NCBI GenBank assembly: GCA_022573225.1 | Contig: JACZUI010000002.1 | Location: 28,751 to 92,750 of the forward strand | DNA length: 64,000 bases | Source of the DNA: Acidobacteriota bacterium | GTDB taxonomy: Bacteria > Actinomycetota > Acidimicrobiia > Spongiisociales > ZC4RG35 | Reading direction: 5' to 3' | In this document: piece after piece, positions 18,894 to 26,979 of the stretch | Layout: each line of letters opens with the position of its first letter | Numbering within the stretch: position 1 is the stretch's first letter | Notes under the pieces: model-generated | The model's input: the letters and a program-made list of their open reading frames with translations, nothing else | Told to the model about the DNA's origin: nothing | Database searches by the model: none | Translations under genes and position numbers: made by a program

Positions 18894-19670
18894 TCAGGAT
18901 ATGCCGGATGATGAGGCTTCGGTCACACCCCCGTCAACCGGAACGATCGTCCCCGTCATCCAGGAAGATGCGTCCGAGGCAAGAAAGACAATCATTCGGG
19001 CCACATCGTCGGGTTCACCAATCCGTCCCAGCGGGTGCATCCGCGAAACGGCTTCCTCATTCTGAATCAGCATCCCGGCAAGACGGGTGCGCACGACCGC
19101 GGGGGCTACCGCATTGACCCGTATCGAGGGGGCCAGTTCGAAAGCCAACTGGCGGGTCATGTGGACAAGACCTGCCTTTGAGATGTTGTAAGCACCCGTT
19201 ATCGGCCCCGGTCGAAGCCCGGCGACCGACGCCACATTGACCACCGTTCCCCCATTCTTCTCCATCCAGGCGTGATAGGCGGCGCGGACCCACAACAACG
19301 GAGCCCGGAGGTTGACGGCCCAGGTCTTGTCGAGCGCTCCCAGATCGACGTCCATGAGGTCACCGGCCGAAGGGTTCGTACCTGCGTTGTTGACGAGAAT
19401 GTCGCAGGCGCCAAACGTCTCGAGAGTCCTCGCGACGGCATCGTTCGCCGATTCCTCCGAATCTGCCCGTGCCGGAAGGGCCAGGATCCTGTCGGCGTCG
19501 ACTCCTTCCGCAATCATCACGTCTCGCGCCGATTCGATGTTCTCGGGCTTGCGCGAGGTGATCGTCACTCCCTTGGCGCCGCTATGGGCAAGTTCCAGCG
19601 CGGTCGCCAACCCGATACCCCGGCTCCCTCCCGTAACCAGGGCGACCTTTCCTTCAACTGATACGTCCAA
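18894..19670 (-). CDS. SDR family oxidoreductase (FabG-like)
   Basis: TGGSRGIG cofactor motif, NNAG, and catalytic YNISKAG; 258 aa. Confidence 0.85.
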   Translation of the reverse strand: MDVSVEGKVALVTGGSRGIGLATALELAHSGAKGVTITSRKPENIESARDVMIAEGVDADRILALPARADSEESANDAVARTLETFGACDILVNNAGTNPSAGDLMDVDLGALDKTWAVNLRAPLLWVRAAYHAWMEKNGGTVVNVASVAGLRPGPITGAYNISKAGLVHMTRQLAFELAPSIRVNAVAPAVVRTRLAGMLIQNEEAVSRMHPLGRIGEPDDVARMIVFLASDASSWMTGTIVPVDGGVTEASSSGIS

Positions 19671-19694
19671 CTCGAAGCTCCCTTGTCCGCTTTC

Positions 19695-20234
19695 TCAGTG
19701 GCCGCCTCTTCTGACGCCCCCATACTTCATCCTCGTGTCCGACATCGCAGCCGCACGGGCATCGTCGTCCTCGACCCCGGCCGCAACGATCTCCCCGGCA
19801 AAGAACGTGTGGGTTCCCATGTCGAGTTGATGACGGACCTCGCACTCCATCCATGCGATCGCCTCGAGGAAGATAGGGACGCCCGTCACTCCCCGTCTCA
19901 CACGACGACCGTTGAGCGTGTCACCGTCGTGGCTCGCCGGTTTGGAGAACTTCACGAAAACCCTGGTGTCATCGGCAGACCAGAGATTGACGCTGAATGA
20001 ACCGCCCTCGGTGATGAGGCGGTGGGTCACCGCCTTGTTGTCGACGGCGATGCCGATCAAAACAGGCTCCATCGAGACCTGGGCGATCCATGATGCCGTC
20101 ATCCCATTCCACTCCTCGCCAGACCCCGACCCGATCAGCGCCAGCGCGTTGGGAATCTTCCAGGTGACTTTGTTGAGTAGCTCAGAGTCCACGGGACCTC
20201 GATGCATGGGGGACTGAGAGACCCTAATCTCCAT
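19695..20234 (-). CDS. flavin reductase domain protein (FMN-binding split barrel)
   Basis: Flavin_Reduct pattern: ALIGSGSGEEWNGMTASWIAQVSMEPVLIGIAV...GTHTFFAGEIV. The start could be the internal ATG at 20207. Confidence 0.7.
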   Translation of the reverse strand: MEIRVSQSPMHRGPVDSELLNKVTWKIPNALALIGSGSGEEWNGMTASWIAQVSMEPVLIGIAVDNKAVTHRLITEGGSFSVNLWSADDTRVFVKFSKPASHDGDTLNGRRVRRGVTGVPIFLEAIAWMECEVRHQLDMGTHTFFAGEIVAAGVEDDDARAAAMSDTRMKYGGVRRGGH

Positions 20235-20237
20235 CGC

Positions 20238-20744
20238 GTGCGGATTCTGATCGCCACCACCGGGGTGCTCTCCCCTGCACCGGTTGCTGATCTCACACAG
20301 CGCCTGAACTCCGGCGACGACAGGGTCATTGTGATGACGGTGATACGTGTTCCTCGCTCGTTCCTCGACGCTCTCGATGACGATGTCCGACGTTCATTCC
20401 TCGATGACACAAAGGATGAGTCGGACGCCGAGGCGAAGGCCGCCTCGTATCTCGAGGAGCGGGGGAAACGTGCGGTGGACCCGATTGTCGCCGCGCTTCA
20501 AGCGGTCGGGTTCGAGCCTGACGTCCGCTACGTGGAGGGCGACGATCCCACCGAAGCCATCATCAACACAGCGGAGGATGTTGGAGCTGAGTTGGTGATG
20601 ATGGGCGCCACCAAACGCCTCTTCACCGAGGAGGCGTGGCGGAGCGTGTCGGCCCGTGTCATGGACAAATCACACCTACCGGTGTTGCTGGTGCCCGGAT
20701 CACGAATCGAAGACACCCAAGAGATGGCAATCATCGAGTTGTAG
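20238..20744 (+). CDS. universal stress protein (UspA family)
   Basis: VRILIATTG... N-terminus and C-terminal ATP motif region LVMMGATKR...SVSARVMDKSHLPVLLV. GTG at 20238 is chosen to avoid overlap with the divergent gene. Confidence 0.7.
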   Translation: MRILIATTGVLSPAPVADLTQRLNSGDDRVIVMTVIRVPRSFLDALDDDVRRSFLDDTKDESDAEAKAASYLEERGKRAVDPIVAALQAVGFEPDVRYVEGDDPTEAIINTAEDVGAELVMMGATKRLFTEEAWRSVSARVMDKSHLPVLLVPGSRIEDTQEMAIIEL

Positions 20745-20793
20745 GAGTTCGACCGAGGATTTCTTGTCACACCCACCTCGTAGCTTCTTCTCC

Positions 20794-21165
20794 ATGAAGC
20801 TCAACGACTCGGAATGGTGTGAACACAAGCCGACCTGGGTGGGGAAAATAGCAGTTGCGGCCTGTGGCGAATGCGGCCGTGTCGACTGGTTCTCTGATAC
20901 CGGACCCGTTGACCCGGCCGAAGGCCTCGCCTATCTCTTCGGTAACTATGACCTGATCGACCATCTCGACGCCCTCCGGGCGCCCTCACCGACCGTGCTG
21001 GCCTACTCGGCCCCTTCTGCAAGAAAGCGGAAGAATCTGGATGCCTTGCCGGCCAATGTCTGGCTGAAGGTCGCCCCTGACCTCTGGCTCTCACATGACC
21101 ACGAAACGCTTCTACTGTCGACCAACCACCAGTTACTGCTGGACAATCTGACCAGAGGTGCCTGA
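20794..21165 (+). CDS. hypothetical protein
   Basis: 123-aa ORF from ATG 20794 (MKLNDSEWCEHK...CGECGRVDWF). No recognisable family. Confidence 0.35.
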   Translation: MKLNDSEWCEHKPTWVGKIAVAACGECGRVDWFSDTGPVDPAEGLAYLFGNYDLIDHLDALRAPSPTVLAYSAPSARKRKNLDALPANVWLKVAPDLWLSHDHETLLLSTNHQLLLDNLTRGA

Positions 21166-21166
21166 T

Positions 21167-23065
21167 TCAGGCCGAGGCCCGCTCCTCGAACTGGGTCCGG
21201 TACAAGGAGGCATAAAGACCACCGGCTTCGACCAGATCGTCGTGCGTGCCACGCTCGACGATCCCTCCGTCGTCAAGGATCAGGATTTGGTCGGCCGCTC
21301 TCACGGTAGAGAGACGATGGGCGATCACGATCGAGGTGCGGCCGGCCATCAGTATCTCCAGCGCCTCCTGGATGAGGGCCTCAGTCATCGAGTCGAGATG
21401 CGACGTTGCCTCGTCCAGGATCAGGATCTGCGGATCCTCCAACAGGACCCGGGCAATGGCGACCCTCTGTTTCTCACCACCCGATAGCCGGTATCCGCGC
21501 TCCCCCACAACGGTTTCATATCCGTCCGACAACTTGGAGACCATTTCGTGAATGTTTGCCGCCTTGGCAGCCTCAACCAGTTGCTCGAGGCTGGCGTCGG
21601 GGCGTGCGTAGCGAAGATTGGCAGCGATGGTGTCGTGAAAGAGATAGGTCTCCTGGGTCACCACTCCTACTGAAGAGGACAGTTCCTGGAGGCTCACGTT
21701 CCTGACGTCGTGACCGTCGATCGTGACTGCGCCCTCGGTGACGTCGTAGAGCCTCGGGACGAGATAGGAGATCGTTGTCTTTCCCGCACCGGAGGGTCCC
21801 ACCAGCGCCGTGAGGCTCCCCGGCTCTGCCACGAAGCTGATATTCCGCAGAGCCCAATCCCTGGTCCTGGCCTGTGTAGACGGCTTTATCTCATCCTCTG
21901 ACATTCCATGCCAGCTGAATCGCTTGACCGCCTCGAGTCCCTCCGGCTCGTCGCTCTGATATCGGAAGGAGACATCATCGAACTCGACGCGCCCGGAGAC
22001 CGGAACCAGCGGCACAGGTCTCTCGGGATCTGGGATATCCGTCTTGAGGTCGAGTACCTCGAACACGCGCTCGAACGAAACCAGCGACGTCGCAAACTCG
22101 ACGCGCGAGTTGGAGATGGCCGACAGGGGTCCATAGAGCCCAACGAGCAAGGTTGAGAACATCACGATCGTTCCCAAAGTGATGTCGCCATTGATCACCA
22201 TGTACCCACCGACCCAGAACACTGTGGCCGTACCCACCGCGGACACCAGGCCGAGCGCTGCAAAGAACCCGCGGCCAACCATCGCCCGACGCACGCTGTA
22301 GTCGCGCACGAGGGCAGCCTGGTCGCCAAAACGCTTCGACTCTTCGTCCCAGCGTCCAAAGAGCCGGACCAGGAGCGCGCCACTCACGTTGAACGTCTCC
22401 TGGAGGATCGCAGACATCTTTGCGTCATGTTCCATCTGTTGCTGAGTGACCCGCCGCAGGATTTTGGCCACTCGACGTGCCGGAATCACGAAAAGCGGAA
22501 GCGCCGCAACGGCGAGGAGTGTCAGTCGCCAGTCGGCTCTCACCATCACGATCAGGATGAACACGACGGAGACCACATTCGAGATTATGGACACAAATGT
22601 CCCGGTGATGGCCTGCTGGGAGCCCACAACGTCGCTGTTGAGGCGGTTCATCAACTCGCCGGTCTTGGTGGCGGTGAAGAAACGAAGCGACATCCGCTGG
22701 AGATGGGCAAACAACTCCCGCCGGAGGTCAAAGATGATCCCCTCGCCCACCGATGACGACCACCAGCGCTGGGCCACTCCGACAAGTGCGCTGATGAGGG
22801 GAACCAGGATCATTCCGACCCCGAGCAGGGTCAGTTGGGAGATATCGCCATTGGGTATCGCTTCATCAACGAACGCCCGGATGATGAGCGGAGGCACCAC
22901 CCCGAGGCCTGAGATGACAAATATCGTCGCCAGAACCCCGAGCAGCCCGCCCACATAAGGCCCGCCGTAGCTCCAAACACGTCGAAGAAGATCCCGATCT
23001 ATGTCGGGACGATCCTGATCCTCGTCGTACTTGAGATAGCTCCACCAGCCACCAGAATGAAAAAT
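21167..23065 (-). CDS. ABC exporter, fused permease/ATPase (MsbA/type I exporter-like), probable ATT start
   Basis: Six-TM domain plus NBD with Walker A GPSGAGKTT, signature LSGGEKQR and Walker B ILILDEATS. The conserved N-terminal segment WWSYLKYDEDQDRPDIDRDLLRRVWSYGGPY lies upstream of the first canonical start (GTG 22954). The only plausible start is ATT at 23065-23063, preceded by AGGAGG (23077-23072) with 6-nt spacing. Confidence 0.8.
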   Translation of the reverse strand: MFHSGGWWSYLKYDEDQDRPDIDRDLLRRVWSYGGPYVGGLLGVLATIFVISGLGVVPPLIIRAFVDEAIPNGDISQLTLLGVGMILVPLISALVGVAQRWWSSSVGEGIIFDLRRELFAHLQRMSLRFFTATKTGELMNRLNSDVVGSQQAITGTFVSIISNVVSVVFILIVMVRADWRLTLLAVAALPLFVIPARRVAKILRRVTQQQMEHDAKMSAILQETFNVSGALLVRLFGRWDEESKRFGDQAALVRDYSVRRAMVGRGFFAALGLVSAVGTATVFWVGGYMVINGDITLGTIVMFSTLLVGLYGPLSAISNSRVEFATSLVSFERVFEVLDLKTDIPDPERPVPLVPVSGRVEFDDVSFRYQSDEPEGLEAVKRFSWHGMSEDEIKPSTQARTRDWALRNISFVAEPGSLTALVGPSGAGKTTISYLVPRLYDVTEGAVTIDGHDVRNVSLQELSSSVGVVTQETYLFHDTIAANLRYARPDASLEQLVEAAKAANIHEMVSKLSDGYETVVGERGYRLSGGEKQRVAIARVLLEDPQILILDEATSHLDSMTEALIQEALEILMAGRTSIVIAHRLSTVRAADQILILDDGGIVERGTHDDLVEAGGLYASLYRTQFEERASA

Positions 23066-23093
23066 AGCCCGCCTCCTGGAATCTGATAGGAGG

Positions 23094-23852
23094 TTATCCG
23101 GCAGCGGTAGTTACACCCGACAGAGGAGTGAATGTGGGGATCATCTCGATGAGAGCTTCGACGGGTACGAACGTCCGACCAAAGAGCTCGTAGCGGTAAA
23201 TCTCGTCATACCAGACAAAGGTATGGCCGTTGTCGGCCAGAAGCGACCACACGGGCACACCATCGAGATCGAGGATCTCGCAGCTCACCGTGGTGCGATC
23301 TGCGAATCGGGCACAGGAGATCTCGGCACTGGATTCAGAGACCTCGGCCGCTCCAGCCGGATCCGTGGCAACCTGGAGCACGACAATCTGGGCGACGGAC
23401 CGCGATCTGGTGTATGGCTCAGATGACCAGATTCCGAAACCTACGGTTGGATCATTGGACAAGGCCCCGGTTCCGTCGAACACAACCTGCGATGTGACGT
23501 ACTCCCCGAGACTGGGCACAACCGCAGGAAACCTCACCTCGGGGAGGAGCGCCGATATCTCAGCGCGGCTCGCCTGGACGATGAGCTCACCCCCGCGACG
23601 GGCGAAGATCTCGCTCAGCAACGCTTCCTGGTCGTCGAACGAAGTGGTGACAATCGTGTCGTTGAACCACTTCAACAGGCCACCCCCGATTACCACGGGC
23701 ACCGTCGTCGGAACAGTGGTTGTGACAATCACCGTTGGCTCACTGATCCAGTTCGAGCTTGCTTCGCCCAGGCTCTCAAACGGCGCGTCACCGCAAGCAA
23801 CCAGTGCCCCAGCTGCGAGTAGCACCGACAGGGCGCGAGCTATCGGCTGCAC
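23094..23852 (-). CDS. hypothetical lipoprotein
   Basis: Signal peptide with lipobox (LLAAGALVAC). 252 aa, no recognisable family. It lies 28 nt upstream of the ABC exporter on the same strand. Confidence 0.5.
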   Translation of the reverse strand: MQPIARALSVLLAAGALVACGDAPFESLGEASSNWISEPTVIVTTTVPTTVPVVIGGGLLKWFNDTIVTTSFDDQEALLSEIFARRGGELIVQASRAEISALLPEVRFPAVVPSLGEYVTSQVVFDGTGALSNDPTVGFGIWSSEPYTRSRSVAQIVVLQVATDPAGAAEVSESSAEISCARFADRTTVSCEILDLDGVPVWSLLADNGHTFVWYDEIYRYELFGRTFVPVEALIEMIPTFTPLSGVTTAAG

Positions 23853-23974
23853 AACTCTCCGGTCATCGTCACCCCACTCATTCGCTCACTCAACGAAGGA
23901 CCCGCCCTGGCCGTTCCCGGTCGAAGGCGGGTTATGCATGAAACGCTAACAGTCATCGACTTATCCTCAAGGCT

Positions 23975-24730
23975 GTGAATCAGCTCAATATCATCCGTCA
24001 GGGCTTCGTAGATCATCCGGCAATGGACGTGGCGGTCAGCTACGCCACGTTGGAAGCCGTGGCGAGAGGAGAGCTTGGCGAGGTGCTGCGCCTTCACGTA
24101 CCTGCTGCCGTCGTCGCGTTCGGTCGCGCCGACAGAGTCCGAGAGGGTTATCCGTTTGCCGTTCGAGCGGCAGAAGCCCACGGATTCGCCGCTGTGGAGC
24201 GTTTGGCCGGGGGCCGGGCGGCCGTGTTCCACGAAGCCACGCTGGCCTTCGCCTGGACGGCCCCAATGTCAGACCCTCGGGCCGGCATCCGAGACCGATT
24301 CGAGAGCATCACCACGACCATGGTGAGCGCATTTCGGAGTCTCGGAGTCGACGCCCATGTCGGCGAGATCCCAGGTGAGTACTGCCCGGGCCAGTGGTCG
24401 GTGAATGCGGGGGGCCGGGTCAAGGTCATGGGTGTGGGGCAGAAACTGGTGAAGGGCGCGGCCCATGTCGGCGGAGTCGTCGTTGTTGACGACGGCCAGC
24501 GGATCAGGGATGTCCTGATTCCCGTATATCGAGCTCTCGGTCTCGACTGGGACCCGCGAACCAGTGGCTCGTTGGCCGATCTTGCACCGGGGCTGGACAC
24601 AAACCGGGTGACCACAGCCATCCTCAGTGAGTTGGGCCGCCGGTTCAATCTCGAAGATTCGGCGCTGCCCGAGAGTGTCATTGAGAATGCGAGCGCCCTC
24701 ATCAGCCAGCACCTCCAGAGGGTCGCATGA
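23975..24730 (+). CDS. lipoate-protein ligase / BPL-LplA-LipB family protein
   Basis: 251 aa, GTG start. The pattern ...LRLHVPAAVVAFGRAD...RLAGGRAVFHE...GEYCPGQWSVN..GRVKVMGVGQK is typical of lipoyl/octanoyl transferase catalytic domains. Confidence 0.7.
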   Translation: MNQLNIIRQGFVDHPAMDVAVSYATLEAVARGELGEVLRLHVPAAVVAFGRADRVREGYPFAVRAAEAHGFAAVERLAGGRAAVFHEATLAFAWTAPMSDPRAGIRDRFESITTTMVSAFRSLGVDAHVGEIPGEYCPGQWSVNAGGRVKVMGVGQKLVKGAAHVGGVVVVDDGQRIRDVLIPVYRALGLDWDPRTSGSLADLAPGLDTNRVTTAILSELGRRFNLEDSALPESVIENASALISQHLQRVA

Positions 24731-25809
24731 GAGTCTCCGTCATCAACGGCCCCAACCTCAACCTTCTCGGCACCCGCGAGCCTGATACCTACGGCACTGA
24801 GACCCTTGCCGGTCTCGAGGCCCGCGTCGCCACCTGGGCGCAGAACATGGGCATCCAGGTCTCGCTGTTCCAGTCCAATGATGAAGGTGCAATGGTCGAG
24901 GAGATACACGCGGCGGCCGACGATGACGGAATCGTTATCAACCCCGGCGCCTTCACCCATACTTCTAGAGCGATCGCAGACGCCATCGCGTCAGTCGAGG
25001 CACCCGCCGTAGAGGTCCACATCTCCAATGTCATGGCCCGCGAGCCGTGGCGTGCCAGTTCGGTGCTCGATGGCGTCGCGCTCAGGACGATCTTCGGACG
25101 GGGAGTGGTCGGCTATCGCGATGCGATGCGGCTGTTGGTCAACCTCCGGGTTCCCTCGACCACGATCCGATATGGGCCACATCCCGAGAATGTGGGCGAA
25201 CTTCGAATTCCCGACGACCCCACCGGTTTGGTGGTGTTGCTGCATGGCGGTTTCTGGCTGAGGGAATACAGCCGGGACACCATGGATTCGCTGGCGGCCG
25301 ATCTCATCGCCCACGGATTCGCCTCCTGGAACATCGAATACAGGCGCTCGGGGACGGGAGGTTCGTGGCCCGGATCGGGGCATGACATGAAGTCGGCCCT
25401 CGACTTCATCCCCCAGATCGACGGAGTGAGAGACACGCCGATCGCAGTGATCGGACACTCCGCCGGCGGATACCTTGCCCTCTGGCTCTCGACCAGGGCC
25501 GATTTGGCACTAACGGTGGGTCTGGCTCCGATCACCGATCTCGAGGCCGCAGCCTCCCAAGGGCCCGGGCAGGAGGCGGCGACCGACCTGTTGAGTCGGG
25601 GCGCTCCTTCGGTCATGACCGGAGGACGATCCGACATCTTCTTGCTTCATGGCGGAGACGATCAAATCGTCCCTGTCGAACATTCGACGCACCTCGAAGC
25701 CGCAGTCCGCGTCGAGATCATGGAGAACATGGGACACTTTGAGCTGCTCGATCCCTCGCGGGCTCACTGGCCCCTGGTGCTGGAGTCGCTGACCAGCGCA
25801 TTCTCCTGA
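24727..25809 (+). CDS. aroQ: fusion protein: type II 3-dehydroquinate dehydratase (AroQ) + alpha/beta-hydrolase (HGG / GxSxG esterase or formamidase-like)
   Basis: Residues 1 to about 145: VINGPNLNLLGTREP..YG, INPGAFTHTS, EVHISN (type II DHQase). Residues about 160-360: VVLLHGGFW oxyanion motif, nucleophile elbow GHSAGG, LLHGGDD..V and a C-terminal His (MGHFE). One uninterrupted 360-aa ORF. Confidence 0.8.
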   Translation: MRVSVINGPNLNLLGTREPDTYGTETLAGLEARVATWAQNMGIQVSLFQSNDEGAMVEEIHAAADDDGIVINPGAFTHTSRAIADAIASVEAPAVEVHISNVMAREPWRASSVLDGVALRTIFGRGVVGYRDAMRLLVNLRVPSTTIRYGPHPENVGELRIPDDPTGLVVLLHGGFWLREYSRDTMDSLAADLIAHGFASWNIEYRRSGTGGSWPGSGHDMKSALDFIPQIDGVRDTPIAVIGHSAGGYLALWLSTRADLALTVGLAPITDLEAAASQGPGQEAATDLLSRGAPSVMTGGRSDIFLLHGGDDQIVPVEHSTHLEAAVRVEIMENMGHFELLDPSRAHWPLVLESLTSAFS

Positions 25810-25884
25810 CGCACCCGAATTGTCGGACTTATCCACGGGAAACCGTTTTCGGTCATTTGGTGCCTGCATATTTCAGGATCCGAT

Positions 25885-26021
25885 CAAACCCCGGAGCTGT
25901 CCCTGACGGGGCGAACAGAACCAGTGCGGCCTCGTCACCGTCCGTCCCGATACACCCAACGACCATCTGGGCTCCAGGACGTCAGACATGCCCACCTGAC
26001 GGCTCCGATCTCAGGGGTTTG
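25885..26021 (+). promoter_or_regulatory. structured 5' leader element; candidate riboswitch (possibly ydaO / c-di-AMP class)
   Basis: An 8-bp closing helix, CAAACCCC (25885-25892) with GGGGUUUG (26014-26021), encloses about 120 nt. CCUGACGG is repeated at 25902-25909 and 25995-26002, and CGUCAG (25980-25985) is complementary to both copies. The 3' segment GACGGCUCCGAUCUC resembles the conserved GACAGCUAACCUC of ydaO. It lies upstream of a cell-wall hydrolase gene, as ydaO does in Actinobacteria. Not verified by a covariance model. Confidence 0.3.
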
Positions 26022-26165
26022 CTGTGGAGAACGATCACTTCAAGATCAATCTCTCCAGTGATCCGAGCGTTTTCATCAATGGCGACAACACGTATTCGCT
26101 CGATGGGCGAAACGTCGAACGTGCATACTTTTCCACAGTTCGGTAGGGTCTCAGATCTTGGGGCG

Positions 26166-26184
26166 AACGGGTATCACCCGTTTT
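26166..26184 (+). terminator. terminator-like hairpin in the leader, immediately 5' of the SD of the transglycosylase gene
   Basis: AACGGGU-AUC-ACCCGUU (7-bp stem) is followed by UU and then GGAG (26185-26188), 8 nt before ATG 26197. Confidence 0.4.
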
Positions 26185-26196
26185 GGAGTCACCTGT

Positions 26197-26805
26197 ATGC
26201 GTTTGAGGCGCTTGTCATTCATTGCTGGTTGGGCGGCGGTAGTTCTTTTGGCTGCCGTTGGCTTCGCCGCGTTCGGAACTCCGGATGAACCAGTCCCCGG
26301 CGGCGACATTCAGGCGGCAGCCACCAACATGGGACATACCACCGGCGCATACGCGGGTCTGGCCTTTGCCTATCTCGCTGCCAACCCCGACGCTGAAGGC
26401 TTCTCGACCTCATCCCCGGATACTCCGGGCGAAGAGGACTTGTTGAGTGGAGTGTCCTCGCGGTCGGAGTCGCCGCCTACCACTCAGGCGCCAACCGAGG
26501 TGGATGCCAGTGGCTGGCTCTCCCAGATTCAGGTCAGGACGTTGGCTTCGATGTACTTCGACGCCGCCGATGTCAACCAGGCCGTGCGGGTCGCCTGGTG
26601 CGAATCACGTTTCAATCCTTCCTCGGTGAACTTGAGAACCGGTGGCATCGGGCTGTTTCAGCATCTCCCCCGCTATTGGTCAGACCGCGCCCAAGCCGCC
26701 GGGTTCCCCGACGCCGATTCGACCGACCCGGAGGCTTCTATGGCTGCTGCCGCGTGGGCGGTATACAGCGGCGGCGGCTGGGACGTGTTCACCTGTAGGG
26801 GCTAA
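26197..26805 (+). CDS. secreted lytic transglycosylase (SLT-like domain) protein
   Basis: Signal/TM segment MRLRRLSFIAGWAAVVLLAAVGFAAFG. C-terminal AWCESRFNPSSV...GGIGLFQHLPRYW matches the catalytic Glu-Ser and GLxQ motifs of SLT domains. Confidence 0.7.
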   Translation: MRLRRLSFIAGWAAVVLLAAVGFAAFGTPDEPVPGGDIQAAATNMGHTTGAYAGLAFAYLAANPDAEGFSTSSPDTPGEEDLLSGVSSRSESPPTTQAPTEVDASGWLSQIQVRTLASMYFDAADVNQAVRVAWCESRFNPSSVNLRTGGIGLFQHLPRYWSDRAQAAGFPDADSTDPEASMAAAAWAVYSGGGWDVFTCRG

Positions 26806-26979
26806 GACATCGACAACGGCGCTGCCTTGTGTTGCAGGGACCTCTCCAGGAGATGCTCCACGACATAGCGGGCATTCGGTTGGACCCCGGTGAGGGTCTT
26901 TGACCAGAGAGCATGGAGAAAGAAGAGCCCGACGAAGTACAGGCCCGACTGTCCCGGCGCTCCTGAGGGTGAACGCCAA

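Noticed and set aside
25857-26288. 143-aa ORF covering the spacer upstream of the transglycosylase gene.
   Set aside because: It has compositionally odd Pro/Ser/Arg-rich sequence, runs out of frame into the real gene's signal peptide, and the region is better explained as a structured non-coding leader.
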